From: Vicugna vicugna
Taxonomy: Eukaryota
Length of the DNA stretch: 62,000 nucleotides
NCBI GenBank assembly: GCA_013265495.1
Contig: MU058791.1
Span: 186,001 to 248,000 of the forward strand
Direction: 5' to 3'
Shown: positions 38,760-49,640 of the stretch, one piece after another
Layout: each line of letters starts with the position of its first letter
Numbering within the stretch: the first letter of the stretch is position 1
Notes under the pieces: model-generated
What the model was told of the DNA's origin: nothing
The model's input: only the letters and a program-made list of their open reading frames with translations
Database searches by the model: none
Translations under genes and position numbers: made by a program

Positions 38760-38903
38760 GCATTTAATCATCCCTTTGGCCCTGCACTGTGGGTGTTACC
38801 CCATGTTACAGATGAAGAGACAGAGGTTCAGGGAGGCTAAATGCAAGGCCGCCCATGGATCGCGGAGCCGAGCTGTAACTTTACCTCTCTGACTCAAGAC
38901 CTG
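38760..38903 (-). mobile_element. MIR SINE remnant
   Basis: CCCCATGTTACAGATGAAGAGACAGAGGTTCAGGGAGGCTAA (antisense MIR core). Confidence 0.75.
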
Positions 38904-39104
38904 TTCTCTCTCGTAAACTATTCCCTGCTCCCTGGTAGAAATGTGGTAAAATGTCCTGAAAGATAGAAGGAGGCTGGAAAAAAGGCTAAAATCATCTTGA
39001 AACATCAATTCTTGAATAACCAAGGATTGATAAATATTTGAAAGAGTTGGTTTCAGCTTCTTCATATAAAACTATCGGTACAGATCGTAAGAAGCAAATA
39101 AGAG

Positions 39105-39434
39105 ATGTGGAACCTAGAAAATAAAGACACGAACTTATTTGCAGAACAGAAACAGACTCACAGACATAGAAAACAAACTTATGGTTACCAGGGGGTTACG
39201 GGGGTATGAAGGGATAAATTGGGAGTCTGAGATTTGCAGATACTAACTGCTATATATGAAATAGATAAACAGCAAGTTTCTGCTTCATAGCATGGAGGAA
39301 CTATGTTCAGTATCTTGTAGTAACCTATAATGAAAAAGAATATTAAAAGGAATCCATGTATGTATATGTATGACTGAAACGTGATGCTGTGTACTGGAAG
39401 TTGACACATTATTGTAAACTGACTATAAAAAAAA
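39105..39434 (+). mobile_element. LINE-1 3' end (sense)
   Basis: ATGTGGAACCTAGAAA...ACAGAAACAGACTCACAGACATAGAAAACAAACTTATGGTTACCA...TTGTAAACTGACTAT followed by an A-tract. Confidence 0.9.
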
Positions 39435-39708
39435 CCTTTTGATACGTACAAGCAAATAGATAAGCCAAGGAAGATGGTCAGTCCTTTAAAGCTCTGTCCC
39501 TTGGGACTGTGTCTTTGGTCCTTCTGAGTTAGACGAATGTCACCACGGTAGCCCTGAAGGGCTGTTGAAAGGAGTTGAGAGCTACATCTCGTCTAGGCAA
39601 ATGGTAGCTGCCAAACAAAGCGACGTGTTAAATGACAGTTGTCATGGCCAAGGTGCTTTTTGCTTGTTTAAGAGATTTGGAGCTTTCTGGCTACACAGCA
39701 CACAGTGT

Positions 39709-40287
39709 CATTGTTGTTTTTTCAGTTTTCAGCTTTATTAGGTAGAATTGCTACAGTTTGGCTGCACATAAACAATGTATTGCATACAAATACATATACA
39801 CAATATTCTGCACTTTTTTTTTGAGTTCACATATATGTACTGTTCATTGTCTCTAAGAATGTCTAGAACTTTAGCTTTTTAAACTTACATAGTTATCAGA
39901 GGAATAAAGCCAACCACAAAATAAGAATTCAAAAAGATACACATACACCACTATTAACAGTAACATTATTTATAATTGCCAAGATATGGAAGCATCGTAA
40001 GTGCACATCAATAAATGAATAGATAAAGAAGATGCAGCATATACATGTAATGGAATACAACTCACCCATAAGAAAGGAGGATATTTTGCCATTTTCAGCC
40101 TTTCATTCACTTTTTTTTCCACTTCAAAAACCAGAATTTTACAACGGACATAAATGTTTCCATTGCATCAAAAAGAACAAAATACCTAGAAATAAACGTA
40201 ACCAAGGAGATTACCTATACTTTGGAAACTGTAAAACATTGAATAGGGAAATTGAAGATGATACAAAGAAATGCGAAGATATCTTGA
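39709..40287 (-). mobile_element. TSD-flanked retroposed unit containing two antisense LINE-1 ORF2 fragments
   Basis: AGCACACAGTGT at 39697-39708 and 40288-40299. Minus-strand AATAAA at 39734-39739 next to an A-rich tail. Plus-oriented L1 pieces at ~39926-40098 and ~40161-40285. Confidence 0.7.
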
Positions 40288-40835
40288 AGCACACAGTGTT
40301 TTGAGAACTCATTTTGAAGCAAATGAAGTACTAGCTCCTCTGTCTCCCGGCCACTTAAAAAACTTACTCTTAAATATGCAAGGAGCAGAAGGCATAAAGG
40401 GATGCTAGCATCTTTAAGCGTGTTGTAAGTAGTCCAAGGTGGTGCTTGGGAACCCCAGTTTTCTTGACAGTTGGAGCTCTGGTAACTGATGAATTGTTCC
40501 TGGAGCCAGGTCCCAAACTGAACAGTGTGGGCATTTAATGGGTGTGTAAATATTTCCACCTCTGTTTAAAAGTATGGAATCGTCAGTCACACAAGGGCTT
40601 CCTCAGTGATTTTTCTCTCATGACTGTTCATTTTCTGTGAACATCAGCTGAGACAGATGTCGTAATGCCTGGCATGGTTTCTGAGCGCTGACTTATGTAT
40701 TTGCTGAAAAGTGAGTGACAGTGTGGATGGCCGCCAGGCTCAGTGTGTCTGTAAGTTGGATGACCTCTTGGTTGGTCTCTATTCACATGAAGTGTATAAA
40801 ATGTGTTCTTTGGATTATCTTTAATGGACATTTTA

Positions 40836-40999
40836 TTTTATAATTTTATTTGTTCATTATTGTATTTTATTTATTATTATTTTTTGATGGGGGAAGGGTG
40901 ATTAGGTTTATTTATTTTTAGAGGCGGTACTGGGGGTTGAACCCAGGACCTCAGGCATGCTAAGCATGTGCTCTACCACTTGAGCTACACCCTTGCCCC
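40836..40999 (-). mobile_element. tRNA-Ala-derived SINE, vic-1-like (camelid)
   Basis: Minus strand GGGGCAAGGGTGTAGCTCAAGTGGTAGAGCACATGCTTAGCATGCCTGAGGTCCTGGGTTCAACCCCCAGTAC + AAAAATAAATAAACCTAAT + A-rich tail. Perfect TSD TGGACATTTTA at 40825-40835 and 41000-41010. Confidence 0.9.
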
Positions 41000-41005
41000 T
41001 GGACA

Positions 41006-41170
41006 TTTTAATTGGAGTGATTGTTGATTTACATGAATACAGGAATTATGTATATTATGAATAATACAGAGACATCTCGGGTACCTTTTACCTAGTTCCT
41101 CCCAGTGGCAACATCTTATAAAACTATAGCACAATATCATGGCTTGGATACTGTCCATCCATGTCATTCA
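41006..41170 (-). mobile_element. Old LINE-1 (L1MC/L1MD-like) 3' end
   Basis: AATAATACAGAGACATCTCGGGTACCTTTTACCTAGTTCCTCCCAGTGGCAACATCTTATAAAACTATAGCACAATATCA. Confidence 0.7.
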
Positions 41171-41750
41171 GAGGATCTGCTGATTTTATTCAAATACGGT
41201 TTTTTTCAAGTGATTTCCAAATGAGGAAGTGTGATCGAGGAGAATAAAAGCCAGGTTGTCGGCTTCCTGGGGCAAAGATAGACCCAGACTTTGTGGACGT
41301 GTGCTGGGAAGAGGCTGGTTCCCAGATGCAGAGGAGAGCCGAGTGTGGGATGACTGGGGTTGGGGGTCCCTAGTTGGGGAGGACAGGCTTTCCCAGGGCC
41401 TTGTAGGGCTCAGAATAGAAGAAGACAGTCTGGCAGCCCAAAGGCAAGGAGGGAACTTTGGCATTTTCCAGGGATGAGCCAGCGCCCCTCCTCCCTGTGC
41501 CTTCGCCTTTTCCCTCCAACCTCCAGCCCACGTGGCAGGAACACGTGTGATACTTTAGGTTTGCAGGGGCTCCAGGTCTGGTCTGCACCCAAATCCCAGA
41601 CTACACCCTACACCTTCTGAGCCAGAATTTATTGAAGGTTTGAGGAGAATTAGCTTCTATCTTTGTCATGCTTTCCTTTCATGGGGTCGTTTTTCTTATC
41701 AGAATCAGGCAAGCAACTATTAGGTACTGGATAACTGGTGGTGCCTCTTT

Positions 41751-42754
41751 TTTTTTTTTTTTAATTGAAGTATAGTTGATTTACAGTGTTGTGTTAGTTT
41801 CTGGTGTACAGCAAGGTGATTCAGTTACACATATATATTCTTTTTCGTATTCTTTTTCATTATAGGTTATTATAAGATATTGAATGTTGTTCCCTGTGCT
41901 GTACAGTAGGACCTTATTGTTTATCTATTTTATGTATAATAGCTTGTATCTGCCAATCCCAAACTCCTAATTTATCCCTCCCCCTCTTCCCTCTTTGGTA
42001 ACCGTAGATTTATTCTCTATGTATGTAAGTCTCTTTCTGTTTTGTACATAAGTTCATTTGTATCATATTTTAGATTCTGCATACAAGTGACATCACATGA
42101 TATTAGTCTTTCTCTGTCTAACTTTACTTAGTACAATAATCTCTAGGTCCATCCATGTTGCTGCAAATGGCATTATTTCATTCTTTTTTATGGCTGAGTA
42201 ATATTCTATTATATATAAGGGTGTTCTTTATCCAGTCATCTGTCAATGGACATTGAGATTACTTCCATGTTTTGGCTTTTGTAAATAGTGCTGCTGTGAA
42301 CATTGGGGTTCATGTATCTTTTTGTATTTTTAAATTGAAGTATAGTCAGTTTATAATGTTGTGTCAGTTTCTGGTGTATAGCATCATGTTTCAGTCATAC
42401 ATATATATACATATGATCCTTTTCATATTCATTTTCCTTATAGGTTTACTACAAGATATTGAATATAGTTCCCTGTGCTATATAGTAGGACCTTGTTGTT
42501 TATCCATTTTGTATATAGTAGTTAGCATCTGCAAATCTTGAACTCCCAATTTATCCCTTCCCACCCCCTTTCACCCCTGGTAATCATAAGTTTGTTTTCT
42601 ATGTTTATGAATGGACATCTAGGTGCTTTTTGAATTAAAGGTTTCTCCAGATGTATACCCAGAAGTGGGGTTGCTGGATCGTATGGTAACTCAATTTTTA
42701 GTTCTGTAGGGAATCTCTGTTCTGTCTTCCATGGTGACTGCATCAGTTTACATT
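41751..42754 (-). mobile_element. 5'-truncated LINE-1 with 16-bp TSD, containing a nested L1
   Basis: TSD CTGGTGGTGCCTCTTT at 41735-41750 and 42755-42770. Minus ORF 42522-42743 (ELKIELPYDPATPLLGI) is ORF2. Confidence 0.92.
42325..42625 (-). mobile_element. Nested LINE-1 3' end inside the 41751-42754 L1
   Basis: A second 3' terminus (TTTAAATTGAAGTATAGTCAG...) interrupts the host at GTATCTTTTTG|AATT. CTTTTTG is duplicated at 42318-42324 and 42626-42632. Confidence 0.85.
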
Positions 42755-44405
42755 CTGGTGGTGCCTCTTTCTGTCTATTACTTGGCAGCCTCTTCCTAGT
42801 CCCAAATCTCCCCTGCCCTCAGCAGCCCGCACAGCATCCTGCCCTGGAAAGGTGGGTCCTTAATGCTGATGGAAATGAAGTCAGCTTCTCCACAGGGAGA
42901 GATTCGGAGGGAAGGAGGACCTGCAGCTCCCATGACACAGAGGAGGTGGGTAGAGGAGAGGCGGGAGCGGTGTCGGGTAGGACAAAGAGCTGGTTATCTT
43001 CCTGGGACCCTTGATGATGTCACTGCCCCACTGACCCTCAGGGGGCTTCTCTGAAGTGGGGACGTGGCCTTGTTTCTATATAGGGAGAGAAGAACCATCC
43101 AGCATTTTTATATTCCTGAGCTAAATCCAGCATTCTAGGTTACAGAATAGAGGTTCCCCCCACTCTCCCCTTGGCATAGCTAGGCTTAGAAATGTCTGCA
43201 TTTCAGCCTGTGCAAGTAACTAGCATGGAATTAACTCTTTCCCTCTGGGGTGTGCAGGCCGCCAGCAGTACATTCCCTGCCTTCGCTTAGATACAGCCAA
43301 GGAAGGCGGCATTTGCATAATACTCCCTTATTTGGTTTGCCACCCTCTGCTATAGATTTGGAAAATAAAAGACACACCTTTTACAGGGAATTACTAATTC
43401 TTAAATAATTGCATAATCAACAGTCTACCCTGTGGTAACCCCGAGAACTTTTTTTCCCAGGAAAACCTAATATCATAAAATGCTTTTGCGAACATAGTGT
43501 AATATTATTTAATAAGGTTTTCAGAACCCAATTTTTAAATTTGCAGCTTCTGAAAAGAATAATGTTAGATTTCACTTGGAGATCGATGTAGTTAAAATGA
43601 CCCTTTCAAGGGATTTGGGAAACGCATGTGTTAAGTTATTCTTTTAAGCTTTTGTATATAATCAGTTCTCGCTGAGCCTTGTTCTTCCTGGCAGATTTTT
43701 TCCTCTGCTCTCACTTTTTTGGTTTACTAGGTTATTCTTCTTCTGAAGTATTAAACATTTTATTCAGGGCACATTCTGGTATTCAAATAAATGGCTGAAT
43801 ACCAGAAAAAGGATGGTGAATTTCTGCTTGATTGCTTTGGGTTTTTCTTTGTATTCAAAGATATGTCTCAGTGGTTCCAAATGTTCACATATTAGTAAGC
43901 AACTAAATAATTAGGTTTTTCAGATTGTCTCAAAATGTCCATTATTATATAAACAAGTAGGCCTCGAGGGCGACATTTGCCTCCCAGGTTTCATAATGAT
44001 TTCCTCTAATGCTTTTGAAAACCGTGGCTTTCTATGTAGTACCTAGAAGCTTGCTTTTGTGAATTAAGGCAAATGTGCTTTCCCCCGCTTTGTATAATAT
44101 ACAAAGACTTGAAGAAGAATATAAAAATCAACTGTGATCTCCTGCCTCTCAAAAATAACTACTGTTAAATTTTTTATGTGTTTTCCAGGCTTTTTTATGC
44201 ATAACTAGTTAACACAATCACTTTCATATTATATGTTGTTTCTTCCATTTCTCGTTAAATGACATGTCTGGGCATTTTTGCATACTGTAAGTCTTTCCCC
44301 CCAAATGCTATGTATATGTTTTGAATCCCAAGAAACTCCGTCTTTGCTTGAGTGTGTGTCATAGATAGCCCAGTGCCCTGCTGCCTCTATACTAAACGGG
44401 GCCCC

Positions 44406-44546
44406 TGTGTGTGTATGTGTGTGATGTGTGTATATGTGTGTGTACATCTGTAAGTATGTGTGTATAGTGTGTATGTATGTGATGTACGTGTGTGTGTGTG
44501 TGCATGTGGGTAGATGTGCATGTGCGTGTGCGTGTGTGTGTGTGTA
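44406..44546. repeat. Imperfect compound (TG)/(TA)-rich microsatellite
   Basis: Direct reading: ~140 bp of mostly alternating purine-pyrimidine sequence. Confidence 0.9.
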
Positions 44547-45664
44547 GCCAGGGTTGACTCGCCCTCTTGCAGTCAGGGGACCACTAGTACCCTCTCATCT
44601 TCCTCTTTTGCTCCCTTTCTTCCTTCCATCCTTGTGTGTTTTCCCACGTGTCTATTTTTAGTTCTGCTTCCTCTTCGGGGATTGTCGATCAGAAGCTGGA
44701 GGCTGAGCTGTCATTGATCACGGGACTCTGCCGCTGCGCGTGCTCCCTGCGGTGGTGGGGTGCGGGCTTGCTGCTCTTGAGGAGGGGGAATTAGCCCGGG
44801 TCCGCATCAGTGTGTCTGGGTGCAGATGGGGCTCCTGGTTGGATTCCCTTTCATGTTGACTTTGGGGCCTGAGCTCACACGTCCCAGTGTTGACATCTAA
44901 CTGGAAACAGCATCTCATTCAAGGTGGTGAGCTCCGTTTTCAGTGGCTGGTGTGGGGCCGGCTTTAGCTTTCAGGTGACCCTGTGAAGCGTGTCCTGGGT
45001 CTTTGATTAGAGCTCAGCAACCAAAAACCTGACGGTTCAAGGCCAGGCGCTGTCCCAGCCGCCAGGGTGCTGGCCGAGGGTACGTCAGCTCATAAGTTTC
45101 TGAGAACCAAGGAACCCCTGCCACCCTCCGCCCCAGCTTGAGTTCTCCACCCATCTCTCCACCTGCTGAATGGATCTCAGGTTTCCTCCTTTACTGCTGG
45201 CCCAACAAGGAGAGACATGTTGAGAAAGCCACGTTTCTGAGCTTGGCTGCGAGTCTCCATTTCATCGGAGATGTCTCTGCCCATTTTATCCTTCTCCTTT
45301 GCCCAGTGCATGGCGAGTGGGGGGCTTCACTCAGTTTTCTGAGGTGTGAGGGCGTTTTGAGATGCAGACGCTATCCATGCAGACCCCCATCATTTGTTTG
45401 TGTTCATGTCTGGATTTATCACGTGCATCGATGACTTGGGCCCTGGTGAGACCCGTGGGCCTCAGATACTCTGTGCGCAATGTCTCAGATTGCTCAGCCC
45501 CTCATGTCCTTTGATTTCTTCCTTCCTGAGATACAAAACCTTGCTTCTCTTCCTTTCCCTGGAGCACATGCTTCTCCCGGATGAGACCTCCTGCCTTTAG
45601 TCCTGCCTGTCTCTTTCATCCTCTCCCGTCATGCCTGGTATCAGGCTCTCTCTTTCTATGCTCA

Positions 45665-45935
45665 GCATCCATCCGTCCATCCATCATTGGGCATCTTCTG
45701 TGTGCCAGGCCCTCTGCTCGAGGCCGCATGAGCAGCCCCTGCCTCCCAGGAGCCCTCTGTTCCTTACCGAGAGGGCCAGGTAAGCAGACATGTGTCCACG
45801 ACACGCATTGCTTTGATGGTGGGCGAGGGCTGTTGGAAACACAGAGGAAAGTGGGCATAAGTCTGTCTCTGTCTGGGATTCAGGAAAGCCATCATGGGTG
45901 AAGTGACACCCTGTGAAGAGCTTGCCAGGTCAGCG
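45665..45935 (-). mobile_element. LINE-2 3' remnant
   Basis: CATCCATCCGTCCATCCATCATTGGGCATCTTCTGTGTGCCAGGCCCTCTGCT...ATTCAGGAAAGCC. Confidence 0.6.
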
Positions 45936-45974
45936 TGGAGTAGAAGGAACAGCGTAGGTGAAGCTGGAGACACA

Positions 45975-46432
45975 AGTTCATTGGCATTGAGTACATTCAC
46001 ACTGTTGTGGAACCATCACCACCATCCATCTCCAGGTCTCTTTTGATCTTCCAAAACTGAAACTGTACCTACAGAACAACTCCCCATTTCCCAACCCCCA
46101 ACCCCCACCCTCCAGCCCCTGGCAAGCACCATCCTACTCTCTGTGTTTGTGAATTTGACCACTGTAGGTACTTCCTATACATGGAATCATATTGTATTTA
46201 TCTTGTTGTGTCTGGCTTGTTTCACTTACAATGTCCTCAAGGATCATCCACGTTGTAGCATGTGTCAACAAGGCCGAATAGTATTGCGCCGGATGGTGAG
46301 ACCACATTTTGTTGCTCCATTCGTCCGTCAACAGGCACTTGGGTTGCTTCCATCTTTTGGCTGTTGTGACCCGTGCTACTGTGAACATATATCAGATATC
46401 TGCTCAGTTCCCTGCAGTCAGTTCTTTTGGGT
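45975..46432 (-). mobile_element. LINE-1 3' fragment, L1MB-like
   Basis: GGCATTGAGTACATTCACACTGTTGTGGAACCATCACCACCATCCATCTCCAG. Minus ORF 46134-46388 (TAKRWKQPKC..TDEW.NKMW...YYSAL..HATTWM.LEDI) is the ORF2 C-terminus. Confidence 0.88.
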
Positions 46433-46559
46433 CATGGGGTTTGAATTTGAGAACTAAAATAAAGTTGTGTTTATGGGCATGGAATTTGCCTCCTTCTCCC
46501 GCTTCCTCCCCTACCACGCTGAATCACATTTAATGTAATATTAGAGGCAGATTGCAGGA

Positions 46560-47480
46560 GGAGTGTGGTTTAGAATGGACTCTCCTCCCTACTTTTATGA
46601 AATAGGAGACATAGTGGACATTACACAGGCAGCGCTCACTGATAAATTCCAGGCAGGAGGTGAGGATGTCGCTCAGCTATGGAGGTGCTGGTGGAGGTGG
46701 GGTACCGGGACAGGCACAGGGACAGCAGTGCTGATCTGGGCACAGTCTGGGAAGTAGAAATAGGGACATTCATGGGTTTGCACTTCATGGTGGGGCACGA
46801 GGAAGAGAAAAGAGTCCGGAGGGAATCCCAAATTTCTAGCTTGGGCGACCACACGGTCCTATTAACTGGCAGGACTAACAGATGGGGAGGGTATTGAGAG
46901 ATGACAGATAATGTGTCTCTTTTGGGCCTCTCTGAAATAGAGGAAGACGTTCCATGGGCCCGCAGGTGATCTGCAGGGTAGGGATTATTACAGCACACCT
47001 GTATAATGTGATTAGAAAATGAACCAAAGATACATTATCGTTAGTGTAAATTTAGATTCCTTTTCAAAGAAGATGGTTATATTTCTTTACAGAAATTTCT
47101 CTTATTATGTGAGGATTTTTTTTCTTTTGGAACTCTGACATGAAGGTTAATAGTCTCTTGCTTGATTTCAAAGATGACAGATGAAACTTAGGAGAGTCAT
47201 TTGATATGGAATGTTGTAAGTTTTTGCACCTGAATTTTTGTGCCCTAGTCTGAAGTTGAATTTGGGGTGAGTCATAATGGATGTAGTGGGAAGGATGATG
47301 GGTTTACTTTTGGATATCTTGATCTCAAGATGCTGGTGTAACATCCAGGTGGAGGTTACTAAGCAGGTGGTGGGATATGAAGTTCCAGTGCTAAGGACTA
47401 ACCCGGGGCTGGAGGTAGCCAGGGAGGTCATCCCAGTATGGAGGAGGAGGAGATTGATAGAGAGAAAAAGGGCACAAGAA
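46560..47480 (-). mobile_element. Decayed LINE-2 fragments (discontinuous)
   Basis: Purine-rich antisense L2 motifs (TCCAGGCAGGAGGTGAGG, TCCCAAATTTCTAGCTTGGG, ACATCCAGGTGGAGGTTACTAAGCAGGTGG). The middle part is unassigned. Confidence 0.5.
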
Positions 47481-48484
47481 GAGAAGACCAAAGACAGGAG
47501 ACCAGTCTCTTTGTCCACTGTTGCATCCAGTATAGGGGACAGTGAAACCAAGGTGGCTCCAAGATGGCACCTGACCTGTGACTTCCCCATTCCGCTATCT
47601 TCATATGCACAGCACAGACTCCAGACTCCCCTGGGAATGGGATTTCAGCAGATGGGCTGGAACAGGAGGCAAGAGGCGGGGCAGGTGCATGAGCTGGGGG
47701 AGGAGCCACAGAGGAGAGTGGAAGGGAGGTCAGGGTGATGACAGGACAGCTGGGACAGGTGTGGGTTGGGAGGCAAAGGGGGCGATGGAGGGAGGTGGGA
47801 GCAGCCAACTGTCAGATGCCAGAGGGGACAAGATATTGACAAGCGTCCTGTGCATTACGCTGTTCAGGGGCCCTCGCAACCTCTGCCAGAGTTGTTTCAG
47901 GTAATGGTGGTGTTTAATCCAGGATGAACTTCTTCCCTCACGCTCTGCCCTTAGCTCGTGGATTCCGGACACTGTCAGCCTGGACAGGATTCTTACCGCT
48001 GTTCCCTACTAAAAATACCCGTCAGCGATTCAGAGCACGATACATTATAAATACTGGTGTTTGAACTCAGACACCTCTAGTTCTCCCTCTGGAGGCATTT
48101 TCTCAAAACTCACATTATCCTTATTTTAACAATAAAATGGGGAATATTTTTAATTTCTGGGATTCCTAACCCCCAAGATGCTTGAGAGATCAGAGTTTGT
48201 GGGAACCTCCATAAATCACAGGTGGCGCAGATTAGTGGCCCCAGGATCCTAGGGGACCTCGGCTGACCTTGGACAAGGTCCAGTGTACCTACCAGTTCCC
48301 CTAGCTTCTCTCCTTGGAATGTCCTTTAAACCGCTTCCCTGAAAAGCAGGGCTGCCATGGATTCTGGTCGGTCTCTGGCTGTCTCTGAGCTACTGCTGTT
48401 TTGTGAGTTGCCCCACTGACACTGCTAGTAGCAACAATAGGTGCCGTGTGTGGCGTGTCTGCCAGATTTGGGGCACCTTACCCA

Positions 48485-48850
48485 GGGCTTGACAGGTGTT
48501 GTCTCATTTCATTCTTACATTTTAACCTCATGAGTGAGTGCTGTTAACCCCCTTTGCTGGTTGAGAAATCTGTGACCCAGAAAAAGTTAAGGAACTGTCT
48601 TGAAGCCAGTGGTTCTCAAACCTGAGCAGGCATCAGAATCCCAGGATGGTGTTTACACCAGGCTGCTGGTCCCCATCCCCAGAGTTTCTCATACAGCAAG
48701 TCTGTGAGGGAGCAGAAGTTGCATGGCTAGCAAGTCCCCGGGGGCGGCTGCTGCTGGTGTAGGGACCGCACTTTGGGAACCACTGCTCGCCGCCATCCGG
48801 CTAAGTGGTGGCGGGACAGGGAGTCACACCAGGGTGTGTCCGACAGCAGG
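48485..48850 (-). mobile_element. MIR remnant split by MER5A
   Basis: GAGAAATCTGTGACCCAGAAAAAGTTAAGGAACTG on the left of the MER5A; GGCTAAGTGGTGGCGGGACAGGGAGTCACACCAGGGTGTGTCCGAC on the right. Confidence 0.6.
48607..48785. mobile_element. MER5A (hAT-Charlie MITE), full length
   Basis: Terminal inverted repeats CAGTGGTTCTCAAA ... TTTGGGAACCACTG, 179 bp apart; internal CCCCAGAGTTTCT. Confidence 0.88.
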
Positions 48851-49447
48851 TGTGCCCTTTGCTTGGTGGGAAGTGCACCTCAGGCACCTGTGGTGGAGGG
48901 ACGGCTGCTCACTGCCCAGGGTGGATGGACTCAGGTCTTCCCGGTCAGAGATTCAGGTGGATGCTCTTTCTCTTTTTGGTGAGATCCTGGCAGGCTTGAG
49001 GGAGGTAACGAGGCAAGGGGAAGGGGCAGGGGCAAGAGCCGAGACAGGGCATTGCCAGTACAGAACTTCAAACAGTAGTGATGACTTTGTGATGACTGTG
49101 AGCCGACCGTTCTGAACAGCATCTGGGATGACGCTCTTCCTCCTACTGCCTTCAGATGCCACTTCCTGGCAGCTGAAGATAAAAACACCGACCACCCTTC
49201 ACGGTTGGGGCTCTGGAGGCTCCCAGTTAGGGACCTCATCTTCTCTGTTTTCCACACGTGGGTAAGTGCTAGGTCCACTTCTCTGCTACATCCTTCCTTC
49301 CCTCTTGATTTTAATGCTACAATTGTCTAATTTAAAACAGTCAAGAAATAAAATACTGTCCACCCGTACATTTGATAAGTAAGGTCCCTTCTCTGGTCCT
49401 CACTGCATGTCAGACAGCGGTCTGACCACTGGACACAGATGAACCCA

Positions 49448-49640
49448 TGAATCCTCACCGGGACCTGGTGAAGTGGCTTCCGTTATCATCCCCATGTTCG
49501 GAGTGAGGACCTCCATGTCCTCGCTGCACAGAGGTTAAGGGACTTGGCTGAGGTCAGACAACTGGCCAGTGGGCAGAGCCAGGATTCCCACTGGGCAGCC
49601 TCACTCCAGAGCCCATGTGCTTAATCACAGGGCTGTACTG
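49448..49640 (-). mobile_element. MIR SINE
   Basis: CACAGAGGTTAAGGGACTTGGCTGAGGTCAGACA...GGCAGAGCCAGGATTC...CTCCAGAGCCCATGTGCTTAATCAC. Confidence 0.8.

Noticed and set aside
40925..40995. tRNA-Ala gene (also ~11031-11104)
   Set aside because: The shared non-tRNA tail, A-rich end and TSDs show these are SINEs.
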